In this document: piece by piece, positions 12,091 to 24,826 of the stretch
Position numbering within the stretch: the stretch's first letter is position 1
How the letters are laid out: every line of letters begins with the position of its first letter
From: Mobula hypostoma
Taxonomy: Eukaryota
Assembly (NCBI RefSeq): GCF_963921235.1
Contig: NC_086097.1
Location: 219,420,001 to 219,484,000, forward strand
Length of the DNA: 64,000 bases
Reading direction: 5' to 3'
Notes under the pieces: model-generated
The model's input: only the letters and a program-made list of their open reading frames with translations
Told to the model about the DNA's origin: nothing
The model's database searches: none
Position numbers and translations under genes: made by a program

Positions 12091-14485
12091 TTATATTTTT
12101 ACTAACTGCAAGATTCCTCAAAAGATGCTGAGGGTCAATTGAGTTTTAAATGATCACGTACCCTTGATGCAAGATTGCTTCAATTTAACAACAATTGGAA
12201 TTAAATTAGCATTAACACAGGATCTAGTGCTGGTGGCAAAAATGCAAGTGTTGCAGTGGTTCAGTTGAGGCTCATGATCAATATAATCAATACCGCATCA
12301 GATCCTGATGTGCTCACTGCTGACATCAAAGTTAATATGTGCTTACATTTTCCTTCCTGCTGGAGCAACATAACAATATGTAAAAATTCACCACCTTACA
12401 TAAAATTGATTAGTAAGTACCTTGTAAGGTATTATGTTGTAGTCAATCATTAGTCTCGGATTAATGCCAATGACCAAAAACCATTTCACCGTGCTGATTA
12501 GGTGATTAGGACATTAAAACTAATATATCAAGAGACTGCTGCCTAGAATTCACATCTCTTTGGGGTGTTTTTCTTCATTGCTACGTGAACAATAATTGAT
12601 CTTATTAGGAGTAATCACATTTACAGTTATTTCCACATGAAATTCTGCTAATTGAAAATTCTTCTGAGCACTTTTGGCTGTGAGCCACGTTGCATACCTG
12701 GCATTCTCTAGTGTCGGCTGCCAATCACTGTGTTTCCGAATCAGGTTTATTATCATTATATAAAATCTGGAAATTTGTTGTTTTGCCACAGCATTACAGT
12801 GTAATAGAGAGTTTTCAGATCATACCAATATAAATTAAAGCTCAAAGGCCTAACCAGTGAATGTTCTGAAACAGCCTAAAACTATACTGTAGCTTTGTTT
12901 GTAGTTTAGCGGGCTATTAGAATTTCACAGGGCACAAATATTGATTGCAAACTTCTCAAACACCTCCTTAAGTCCGTACAGTAAACTGAAGTACCTAGTA
13001 GCATTTAGAGAGCGTCAGGGACAATGGGAGAAGAGGCAGGAGGAATAGAAATGTCAATCTGTGAAGTGTGCATGTAAAGGGAGCCTTCAGAGACTCCACA
13101 CTGTACCTGGATACATCTTTACAGGCATAGTTTCTGAAGTTTTAAGAGGGAAATGTGGCACTGTGTGGGTGATCTTCGACTACACTCATAAGCCTAGACA
13201 ACTGCCTTGTGGAGGTAGTGGTGATGATCTCAATGAGTCGCAGTTTCCCCACAGCTGCTGCTGATCTCTGTCTTCTTTCCTGGTCTCTTGCATACTGCGC
13301 CCTCAGAGAAGTGACCGAGGTTCTGTATTCGTGGAAAGTTGAAATCAGTTTTTGATGTTGGCGATGGAAAACTGACTGCTGAGATAATATTTGCAAATAT
13401 TTCTGGCTTCTTTCAAATGCAGACAGCCAAGTCTTTACCAAAAACCCAATTCTTCACTTAAACAGGAGGCCTTTTCAATCCTGAAACTCGAGGGCAATGC
13501 TAACAATGGGAATATTATGATAGTCAGTTGCATCACCAGCAGCTTTGTCTTCTGACTGACTGAAGGAGGGAAGCAAAGTCAGTACAGACAATAAGGGATT
13601 CTTCAATAGGTCTGAGGTTCTCCAAATCATGCTGGGGAATTGTCATATCCAAGTGGCCATCTCTACATTCCATTCATTATCACCAGCACAATAAACAGCC
13701 AAGAACCACCTAATACACCATATTCCTTCATAAGCTGCTTTCCAAGTACAATGGCACAAAGTACTACACATCAATGAATTACTTAAATGAATTATTTAAA
13801 TTTCTAATTATTTGAATAGATTGGTATAGTTTCTGACAAGTGACATCCCACTTAAAAAAACTCTTGATCTCAAGTGGGAGAGCAAATGGTTCATAGGTAC
13901 ATGAGCAGCTAGCTGCTTTCATAGACACGGAACACACAATGACCCATCTCACAGGGAGGTACAAATCCACGGGAGAAAGGAGCCACTGGGAAAGACTATT
14001 GTCTGCCATAAATTCCCTCCGTCTATTGATTGCAGCTAGCTGCTTTTGTGAAGAATCTGCTTAGGCCTGAAGAATGGTATTTTGTTCATAAGTAAGGATC
14101 CCAGCAAGATGCAAAAATCTGTCAGAAACACAGCTATCTTCTTCCTTGATTCCCATGGTAGACTGAATGGATTTCAATCTCAAAATATTCTACAGGTACG
14201 GTTGGTCTAAAATGGGTCTCTTCTGGTGCCAGGGATTTGCCGACCCTTGTGTGTTCTATGCCATTTACACCTTCCTCTGAATGCAGACATGCTGTAGACT
14301 ATCAGTGTACTTCTCATTGAACTCAGTATCTTCCATGCCCTTCTCCTTGGTGAATACAGGTTGCAAGTATTCATCAAATCACCTGGTTCTATCCATATAT
14401 TAACCATTTGGACCCCAAGGGGTGGCTCACTCTTTCCTTCCCACCCACTTGTTCCTGATATATTTATAGAAAGCCTTGAGATTCT

Positions 14486-14720
14486 CGCAAACACGAGGAA
14501 CTCTGCAGATGCTGGAAGTTCAAGCAACACACGTCAAAGTTGCTGGTGAATGCAGCAGGCCAGGCAGCATCTCTAGAAAGAGGTGCAGTCGACGTTTCGA
14601 GCCGAGACCCTTCGTCAGGACTAACTGAAAGAAGAGATGGGTCTCGGCCCGAAACGTCGACTGTACCTCTTCCTAGAGATGCTGCCTGGCCTGTTGCGTT
14701 CACCAGCAACTTTGATGTGT
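14486..14720. mobile_element. Palindromic Penelope-derived element; complete hammerhead motif on the minus strand at 14587-14622
   Basis: 13-bp TSD gccttgagattct at 14473-14485 and 14721-14733; inverted arms homologous to 1710-2017. Confidence 0.85.
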
Positions 14721-14734
14721 GCCTTGAGATTCTG

Positions 14735-15570
14735 CTTGATTTTACTTGCCAAGGATATTTTATGTCCACCTTTGCCACCCTAATTTCTTCTTTCAATTCT
14801 GTCCTGCACCCATAAATATTTCTCAGTTACTCATTCAATCCCAGTTGCCCCTATTTTCCATGTGCGTCCCGTTTTTTTTTCCTGTCCGACATTCTAAATC
14901 TTTTGTCAACCATTTTTGAATTTTACCATTACTGGAACAGACTAGCCCTGAATTCTTAATAACTCTCTTTTAATTGACTCTCACTTATCATATGTTGATT
15001 TACCAGCAAACATTTGTTCCCACCCTCCTTCAGCCAAGTCCTCTCTTGCACTCTGAAATTAGCCTTCCCCCCCACCCCCCATCCCCATTTAGGACTTGAG
15101 GACCAACATTATCACTTTGCACAAACTCCTTGAAATTTAGACAATTATGACCACTTTTCTCAAAGTGTTTCCCCACTGATATTTCCACCAGCTGTCCAGT
15201 TTAATTTCCTAGTATAAGGTTAAATGCTTCCTTGGACATACTCTTTCAAAAACTATCTCGGTCACAGTTATATTCCACCCATGTAAGCCCCTCACACTGT
15301 GGAAATCCCAGTCACCATCGGGAAAAATAAAATCCACCACTATTTTAATCCATTGCTCATACACCTTTCTGTAATTTGTTTACATAACAGTTCCTCAAAT
15401 TCCTATTAAGTATAGTATAACCCCAGCTAAGTGATGGTCCCTCGCTTAATATTAAATTTTACCCATATGGCTTCATTGAATAATCCATCCAGGTTATTCT
15501 CTCTAACTATTGCCACGAATTCCTCATTAATCAGTAATGTGACTATCCAGCTCCACATATCCCCACCCCA
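14735..15570 (-). mobile_element. Old, decayed CR1 ORF2 (endonuclease-proximal) fragment
   Basis: Degenerate similarity to the CR1 at 21250-22200 (for example aagtgtttccccactga and aaaatccaccactatt). Confidence 0.5.
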
Positions 15571-17787
15571 CCCTTTGTGTGTGCGTGACTGTATAGGTGT
15601 ATATATGTGCCTGTGTGTTTGTGTGCATGCCTATCTGTCTGTCTGCCTGTCTGTGTTTACAGTAGGTTTGTTTTTTTATGTGTGGATTAGAGTGTCTAAT
15701 TCCATGAGAAACAATATTTGTCGTGGTGTGTGGCTCGTATTGATGTATGTTGTGGAGTCATAAAATTTCTTGAGGAGCTTCTCTACTGTCTGAATGTCCT
15801 AACTTTTACTAACCTACCGAGCAGCGCTTCTGTGACAATCTCTGATTATCGTAGATTTGTCCAATCTCTCTCTCGCTCTCCAAGTGTGATGCTGTGATAT
15901 GACTGCCATGAGGGTGTACCATAAAGTATTGAAACCCTTTGAACATTAGTCAGCCTCGTTGGATTAATTGCACTCATGTTAGGAGCTGTGCAGGTCCTAC
16001 TTTAACACTGACTTCTGTATGTAAAATATCCTAACACTATTGCAGACCTGTTTTTGAACAAATAATTTGAAAGGCACCTGTTTTGGTGCTTGTTCTAAAC
16101 ACAATATATTAATGCATCAAAATATGGACAATTCAATGTCTAAGCACTCAATCTTCAGGTTAAAAGCAAGCAGTAAGAAGTAATAATTATAACAATCTGT
16201 TGTCTAATTCTTCCTGCAAATATTTGAAATAATTATTTTTAAAGTAGTTATGATAAATTTAGATGGAGTGACAGGATGAAAACAGAACAAATGTAGGTAC
16301 CCAATGTATTTCATTTGATTTTTGTGGTCAGAATATTTCATATTTTCCAAATATGTAAATGAATAGTCTAGGACAAATGCCTGTTGTCAGTAGGATGAAA
16401 TGGTGCCTGCCATTGCTAATTCAAGCCATTTTATATATTAAATTTCAAACAATTTTATATTTTATTGATAAAGCTCTGTGGCTTTTATATTGTGAACTAA
16501 AATTTAACATTATTGTGTCCTTTTGGAAATATTACAGAAATATTACTGTGCTGTAGTACTGTGCTATAGTTCTATGTTGTATTACCGTGTTGCATGCCCC
16601 TCAAGATTTGCTTGGGTAGTTTAATTAAATTGCTTCTTGTGCCTGGCAGAACAGATCAGGATTTGTTACTGCAGATCAATGTGTTTCTGATATTTCTGGA
16701 ACCTGTCTTGACAATTTATATTGACACAATTTTACTAAGATTTGGTCTTCGCAAATATAAAACACCAGTTGAAGCAAACCGAAATCAGACATTGACAAAA
16801 GTTACCAGTTTAGAATACTAAATTAGCAGGTTAATCCAAGCTGTGAAAAGACCGAGCTGAAACACTCTTCCTGCATGGGGTCATTTTAGTGAAAGTAACA
16901 CTGATTTGAAATGTGTCAATAAATTAAAGGTGCCAAATGCCATAATTACATTGGCTTTCTGTCAAGAATGATGCAAGGCTTTAGACAAACTAAGGGAGGA
17001 CAGGTTTTCATGCCTGTATTTTACCAGTATCCCAGAGCTGTAATAACCAGATGCTCATGTCATTGGGCAGAAAAATAGCAGTGAAATGCACACAGATAAA
17101 GTTTGAGTAGAAGATTTATAGGCATGTGAACACATTTTCTAACACTGCAGCTGTTTTACCTCAATACTTTTGGCAGGTTATAAATGTTCGATAATGGCTC
17201 TGTTTTCAAGAGAAATGTAGTAAAATTTTTGATATATAACGTAAATGGTGAACAGGCAGTATTTTACAAAATGGTCGATATGGGGTGTATTCTCATGAAC
17301 GATGGTCTGAAGGCTGATGATGGATAACAGAGAACAAGATATACCAGACATATGAAATTGTGAGGGCATATTGACATAGGTCAACAACACAGAAATAAGC
17401 TATTTGATTCAATAGGTTTTTGCTTGCATTTATGCTCTATAAAGCCGTTTTTCTATCCTACTTCATAAAATACAGTATAGTTAGGTAACATAATGCTCCT
17501 TCCATGTTTGTGTACTATCTACTTGTCCTTAAGCACTTGTTTCCTCTACACCACAAAATATCCATGTGATAATTGTACAAAAAAAACATCTTTTCCATGA
17601 AATGTGTGATTAAGATATGGAATAAACTGCCTAATCATGCAAGGGATATATATTCAATAGTAGCCTCCTAAGTGGAAATGAACCAATACATAAAGGTGAA
17701 AACATTGCATGGAGATGACATAGGAACTAAGTAGATTGTTCTACAGAAGAATTAAATCCAACTCAATGTTTCAATACCCAGAGTAAT

Positions 17788-18215
17788 TTCAAAGGTACAA
17801 TTTAATGTCAGCAAAATGTATACAATATACATCCTGAAATGCTTTTTCTTCACAACCATCCACGACAACAGAGGAGTGTCCCAAGAATGAACGACAGTTC
17901 AATGTTAGAACCCCAAAGTCCCCCCCAGCTCCCCTCCCCCCCTTGTGTAAGCAGCAGCGAGAAGCAATCTCCCCCCACCCCATCGGCAAAAAAGCATTCC
18001 CGCTACCAGCACTCAAGCGCGAGCAAGGCAATAGCAAAGACACAGATGTGCAGTTACTCCCAAAGACCACATTGTTCGCCCAGTAATTCAACATGCTGCA
18101 GGCTCTACCTCTTTAACAAGGGAGAAAGAGATGACTCCATTTTCCAGCGGGCCGGAGAGACATAACAAACAACTCACTGGTTTACGATGTTAAAATCTGT
18201 TATGCGGCTTGTTTA
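17788..18215 (-). mobile_element. Rex1/Babar-like LINE 3' UTR fragment
   Basis: Tail ttcaaaggtacaatttaatgtcagcaaaatgtatacaatatacatcctgaaat belongs to the same family as 2931. Confidence 0.45.
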
Positions 18216-18284
18216 ATATAACTTTACCTTATAATAACTTTTACCTTTTATTACCCTCTCACTGAAGATATGCAGATTTCTGAA

Positions 18285-18493
18285 GTTCAAAGATCAAAGT
18301 ACAAAGCAGTTTTTTGAATCAAAGTACATATATGTCACCATAGATAACCCTGAGATTCATTTTCTTCCGGGCATACTCGTTAAATCCAAGAACCATAACA
18401 GAATCAATGAAAGACCACACCCAGCAGAGACAGACAAACAACCAGTGTGCAAAGACCACAAACTGTGCAAATGAAAATAGAAATAATAATAAT
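18285..18493 (-). mobile_element. Rex1/Babar-like LINE 3' tail, host of the nested stack; resumes at about 32275-32860
   Basis: tcaaagtacatatatgtcaccat...ctgagattcatttt, ending in (taa)n. The continuation at 32275 leads into Rex1-like coding remnants (gatggcagcagtgagaagag). Confidence 0.6.
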
Positions 18494-19602
18494 TTACACA
18501 ACAGTCAGGTAAAACTTCTAAGAATATACTTTCATTAATGGAAACAGGATTCCGCATTCCAAGTGAGTATATTTTGATAAGAAGTACATACACCTAAACT
18601 TAAATGAAAGCACAACCCAGAAAAGTGAAGAAATTATCACAAACAGAAGAAAAGGTTAGCCAATGGAAAAGCATGGCCCTCTATGGAAAATATCCCCATG
18701 ATCTGTGTAGACTAGATGTTGACAAGGAAGCATCGAACACCAGGTTCAGAGTTGGAAGCCTCTTTCCAAAAAACAGAGGGGTTCTTTGTGGCAATACAGT
18801 GCCAGGTGGTTTCACAAAAAAAAAATTATCAAAAATACATTATAAAAGACCAACAAATTCAAGATGATAAATGCAAAAAAATGCCAAGAGAAACCAGAAA
18901 TAGTTCAACATATGACAGGATCCTGCAGTAGTTTAACTCAATATGATTACTTACACAGGTAATCAATCAAGTGACATAGAACATAGAAATCTACAGCACA
19001 TTACAGGCCCTTTGGGCCACTATGTTGTGCCAACCAAGTAACCTGCTCTAGAAATGCCTAGAATTTCCCTAGCACATAGCCCTCTATTTTTCTAAGCTCC
19101 ATGTGCTCTAAGTGGCTCTTAAAAGACCCTATTGTATCCGCCTCTACTACTTTCGCTGGCAGTGCATTCCACCACTCTCCATGTGAAAAACTTATCCCCC
19201 TTGTACCTACTTCCAAGCACCTTAAAACTATGCCCCCTTGTGTTAGCCATTTCAGCCCTGGGAAAACCTCTGACTATCCACATGACCAAAACCTCTCATC
19301 ATCTTATACACCTCTATCAGGTCATCTCTCATCCTCCATCACACCAAGGAGAAAAGGCCAAGTTCACTCAACCTATTCTCATAAGCTATGTTCTCCAATC
19401 CAGGCAACATCCTTGTAAATCTCCTCTACACTCTTTCTATCATATCCACATCCTTGCATAGTGAGGTGACCGAACTGAACACAATTCTCCAGGTGGGGTC
19501 TAACTAAGGTCTTCTATAGCTGTAACATTAGAACATAGATCATAGAACATAGAATAGTACAGCACAGTACAGGCCCTTCGGCCCACAATGTTATACCGAC
19601 CC

Positions 19603-22410
19603 TCAAACCCTGCATCCCATATAAGCCCCCACCTTAAATTCCTCCATATACCTGTCCAGTAGTCTCTTAAACGTCACTAGTGTATCTGCCTCCACCACTG
19701 ACTCAGGCAGTGCATTCCATGCACCAACCACTTTTTGAGTAACAAACCTTCCTCTAATATCCCCCTTGAACTTCCCACCCCTTACCTTAAAGCCATGTCC
19801 TCTTGTATTGAGCAGTGGTGCTCTGGGGAAGAGGCGCTGGCTATCCACTCTATCTATTCCTCTTATTATCTTGTACACCTCTATCATGTCTCCTCTCATC
19901 CTCCTTCTCTCCAAAGAGTAAAGCCCTAGCTCCCTTAATCTCTGATCATAATGCATACTTTCTAAACCAGGCAGCATCCTGGTAAATCTCCTCTGTACCC
20001 TTTCCAATGCTTCCACATCCTTCCTATAGTGAAGTGACCAGAACTGGACACAGTACTCCAAGTCTGGCCTAACCAGAGTTTTATAGAGCTGCATCATTAC
20101 ATCACGACTCTTAAACTCTATCCCTTGACTTATGAAAGCTAACACCCCATAAGCTTTCTTAACAACCCTATCCACCTGTGAGGCAACTTTCAGGGATCTG
20201 TGGACATGTACCCCGAGATCCCTCTGCTCCTCCACACTACCAAGTATCCTACCATTTACTTTGTACTCTGCCTTGGAGTTTGTCCTTCCAAAGTGTACCA
20301 CCTCACACTTCTCCGGGTTGAACTCCATCTGCCACTTCTCAGCCCACTTCTGCATCCTATCAATGTCTCTCTGCAATCTTTGACAATCCTCTACACTATC
20401 TACAACAACACCAACCTTTGTGTCGTCTGCAAACTTGCCAACCCACCCTTCTACCCCGACATCCAGATCGTTAATAAAAATCACGAAAAGTAGAGGTCCC
20501 AGAACAGATCCTTGTGGGACACCACTAGTCACAATCCTCCAATCTATGTACTCCCTCCACCACCACCCTCTGCCTTCTGCAGGCAAGCCAACTCTGAATC
20601 CACCTGGCCAAACTTCCCTGGATCCCATGCTTCTAACTTTCTGAATAAGCCTACCATGTGGAAACTTGTCAAATACCGTACTAAAATCCATATAAATCAC
20701 ATCCACTGCACTACCCTCATCTATATGCCTGGTCACCTCCTCAAAGAACTCTCTCAGGCTTGTTAGACACAATCTGCCCTTCACAAAGCCATGCTGACCG
20801 TCCCTGATCAGACCATGATTCTCTAAATGCCTATAGATCCTATCTCTAAGAATCTTTTCCAACAGCTTTCCCACCACAGACGTAAGGCTCACTGGTCTAT
20901 AATTACCCGGACTATCCCTACTACCTTTTTTGAACAAGGGGACAACATTTGCCTCCCTCCAATCCTCCGGTACCATTCCCGTGGACAATGAGAACATAAA
21001 GAAGACTTACCGTCGTAATGTATTTTAACAACTTCAACACCTCCTCTCCCTTAATATCAACATGCTCCAGAACATCAACCTCACTCATATTGTCCTCACC
21101 ATCATCAAGTTCCTTCTCATTGGTGAATACCGAAGAGAAGTATTCATTGAGGACCTCGCTCACTTTCACAGCCTCCAGGCACATCTACCCACCTTTATCT
21201 CTAATCGGTCCCACCTTCACTCCTGTCATCCTTTTTTTCTTCACGTAATTGAAGAAAGCCTTGGAGTTTTCCTTTACCCTACTCACCAAGGCCTTCTCAT
21301 GTCCCCTTCTTGCTCTTCTCAGCCCCTTCTTAAGCTCCTTTCTTGCTTCCCTATATTCCTCAGTAGACCCATCTGATCCTTGCTTCCTAAACCTCATGTA
21401 TGCTGCCTTCTTCCACCTGACTAGATTTTCCACCTCACTTGTCACCCATGGTTCCTTCACCCTACCATTCTTTATCTTCCTCACTGGGACAAATTTATCC
21501 CTAACAGCCCATAAGAGATCTCTAAACATCGACCACATGTCCATAGTACATTTCCCTGCAAAAACATCATCCCAATTCACCCCGCAAGTTCTAGCCTTAT
21601 AGCCTCATAATTTGCCTTTCCCCAATTAAAAATTTTCCTGCCCTCTCTGATTCTATCCTTTTCCATGATAATGCTAAAGGCCAGGGAGCGGTGGTCACTG
21701 TCCCCCAGATGCTCACCCACTAAGAGATCTGTGACCTGACCCGGTTCATTACCTAGTACTAGTATGGCATTCCCCGTGGTCGGCCTGTCCACATACTGTG
21801 AGAGGAATCTGTCCTGGACACACTTAACAAACTCTGCCCCATCTAAACCCTTGGAACTAATCAGGTGCAAATCAATATTAGGGAAGTTAAAGTCACCCAT
21901 GATAACAACCTTGTTATTTTTGCACCTTTCCAAAATCAGCCTCCCAATCTGCTCCTCTGTATCTCTGCTGCTACCAGGGGGCCTATAGAATACCCCCAAC
22001 AGAGTAACTGCTCCCTTCCTGTTCCTGACTTCCACCCATATTGACTCAAAAGAGGATCCTGCTACGTTACCCACCCTTTCTGTAGCTGTAATAGTATCCC
22101 TGACCAGTAATGCCACATCTCCTCCTCTTTTCCTGCCCTCTCTATCCCTTTTAAAGCACTGAAATCCAGGAATATTGAGAATCCATTCCTGCCCTGGTGC
22201 CAGCCAAGTCTCTGTAAGGGCCACTACATCATAATTCCATGTATGTATCCAAGCTTTCAGTTCATCACCTTTGTTCCTGATGCTTCTTGCATTGAGGTAC
22301 ACACATTTCAGCCCTTCTACCTTACTGTCTTTACACCGTTTATTCTGCTTCTCTTTCCTCAAAGCCTCTCTGTATGTTAGATCTGGCTTTACTCCATGCA
22401 CTTCTTTCAC
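19603..22410 (-). pseudogene. CR1 ORF2 (APE endonuclease and reverse transcriptase), disrupted
   Basis: YLNARS, ETW, GDFN and SDH in the endonuclease; GVPQGSVLGP and KFADD in the RT; split across ORFs 21577-22410, 21185-21580, 20921-21184 and 19603-20997. Confidence 0.92.
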
Positions 22411-22445
22411 TGCTCTATCGCTCTGGGTCCCATCCCCCTCGCAAA

Positions 22446-23375
22446 TTAGTTTAAACCCTCCCGAACCATGCTAGCAAACCTACCTGCAAGGATATTGCTC
22501 CCCCTCGAGTTTAGGTGCAACCCATCCAATCTGTACAGGTCCCACCTTACCCAAAAGAGATCCCAATGATCTAAAAATCTAAAACCCTGCTCCCTGCACC
22601 AACTCCTCAGCCACGCATTCAACTGCCATCTCCTCCAATTCTTACCATCACTGTCACGTAGCACTGGCAGCAATCCTGAGAACGCCACCCTTGAGGTCCT
22701 GTTCTTCAGCCTTCTGCCTGGTTCCCGAAACTCACACTTCAGGACCTCATCCCTTTTCCTGTCTATGTCGTTGGTCCCAACATGTATCACGACTTCTGGT
22801 TGCTTTCCCTCTCGTGCACCCGAGCAGAGACATCCCGGACCCTGGCACTCGGGAGGCAACAAACCATGCGGGTGTCCTTGTCACGTCCACAAAATCTCCT
22901 GTCTGCTCCCCTGACTATAGAGTCTCCAATGACGACAGCTATCCTCTTCTCCGTTCCTCCCTTCTGCACCACAGGGTCAGACTCAGTGCTGGAGGCCCTG
23001 CCACCGTGGCTCACACCTGGTCGGTCGTCCCCGCCAACAGTATCCAGGATGGTAAACTTATTATTCAGGGAAATGGCTACAGGGGTGCTCTGCTCTACCT
23101 GTCTGCTCACCTTCGCTTTCCCCCTTCTGACTGTCACCCAATGACCTGCTTCCGACAGCCTAGGTGTGACTACCTCCCAGCAGCTCTCATCTTATGACTG
23201 CCTCATTCTCCCTTATGAGGCGAAGGTCATCCAGCTGCTGCTCCAGATTCCTTACACGGTCTTCCAGATCACCCAGCCGTATGCACTTCTGGCAGATGTG
23301 ACTCTGCGGGAGAGGGGAGTTCCCCCAAGACTGCCACATCTCACATGAGAGGCACATCACCGTCTCAGGAGACAT
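22446..23375 (-). pseudogene. CR1 ORF1 (Cys-rich zinc finger, coiled coil, SGNH esterase), disrupted
   Basis: CLSCEMW...CQKC, LEDRVRNLEQQL, and SGNH blocks IGDSIVRG, HVGTND and DGLHLN. Confidence 0.85.
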
Positions 23376-24826
23376 TGTAAAAACTAACTGCGAGCTAGCT
23401 TGTCCTCCGCCTCTTCTCGTCGAAGCCTCTCGAGTCAAAGCCTCAAAGCTCCACTCCTTCACTGGCCCACTCTCTCCTGGCCGCTTTGCTTGAACTATCC
23501 ATCCATTGATCTGTTTGAGCTTTTCAAAATGTTTGGTCACCTGACCTCGACTGCCCAATCAGCTGCTTTCTGCTGAGTCTGAGCTATTCAAATCTCGATT
23601 GTCTAATCAACAGCTTTCTGCTGATCTATTCAAATCTTGATTGACTTGATTGCACAGACCAACTGCCAAAATTGCCAGAATCTCTCGAGTCAAAGCCTCA
23701 AAGCTCCACTCCTTCACTGGCCCACTCACTCACTGGCCACTTTCCACTGGCCTGGCTGCTTTCCACTGGCTTACTTTATGGCTTCTGAACTCAATCCCAT
23801 AGTTGATGAATGCCAACACACCATACACCGCCTGAATAACACAGTCAACCTGAGCAGCAGCTTTGAATGTCCTATGGACCCAGACCCCAAGATCCCTCTG
23901 ATCCTCCACACTGCCAAGAATCTTGCTATTAATACTATATTCTGTCATCGTATTTGACCTACGAAAATGAACTACTTCACACTTATCTGGGTTGAACTCC
24001 ACGTGCCATTTCTCAACACAGTTCTGCATCCTGTTGATGTCCCTTTGTAGCCTCTGACAACCCTCCACACTATCCACAACACCCTCAACCTTTGTGTCAT
24101 CAGCAGACTTTCGAACCCACCCTCATACTTCTTCAACCAAGTGATTTATAAGAATCTCAAAGAGGAGAGGTCTCAGAACAGATCCTTGTGAAACATCTCT
24201 GCAGACCTCCATGCAGAATACAAACCATCTACAAACATCCCTTGCCTTCTGTGGGCAAGCCAATTCTGGGTCTGCAAAGTGAGGCCTCCTTACTTTCTGA
24301 ATGAACCTTACATGGGGAACCTTATCAAATGCCATACTGAAATCCATATACACTACATCCACTGCTCTACCTTCATCAGTGTGTTTTGTTACAAACATCA
24401 TTCACCAAAAACTTACCTTAAAATACAAATTTACAAATGACCTTGTATACATACAAGCCTGATCCAGTTTTAGAGTCGGAGTCCTACAAATTATATTATA
24501 GAAACATAGAAACATAGAAAACCTACAGCACAATACAGACCCTTTGTCCCACAAAATTGTGCCATACATGTCCCTACCTTAGAAATGACTAGGCTTACCC
24601 ATAGCCCTCTATTTTTCTAAGTTCCATGTACCTATCCAAAAGTCTCTTAAAAGACCTTATTGTATCTGCCTCCACCACCATTGCTGGCAGCCCATTCCAT
24701 GCACTCACCACTCTCTGCATAAAAAACTTACTCCTGGCATCTCCTCTGTACCTACTCCCCAGCACCTTAAACTTGTGTCCTCTTGTGGCAACCATTTCAG
24801 CTCTGGGAAAAAGCATCTGACTATCT

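Larger units (their letters stand above)
19531..23770 (-). mobile_element. Near full-length CR1 LINE (ORF1 and ORF2), with frameshifts and internal deletions
   Basis: Tail (agaacat)n at 19531. ORF1 and ORF2 segments follow in order, and the 5' UTR has direct repeats at 23425-23770. Confidence 0.93.
18976..24390 (-). mobile_element. CR1 LINE (older copy), split into 18976-19530 and about 23770-24390 by a near full-length CR1
   Basis: (tagaaca)n tail at 18976; ORFs 23730-24077 and 24123-24401 are CR1 RT fragments. Confidence 0.85.

Noticed and set aside
13061..13441. Possible host exon (99-aa minus-strand ORF)
   Set aside because: No recognisable protein in the frames I read and no convincing splice-site pair; unresolved without a homology search.
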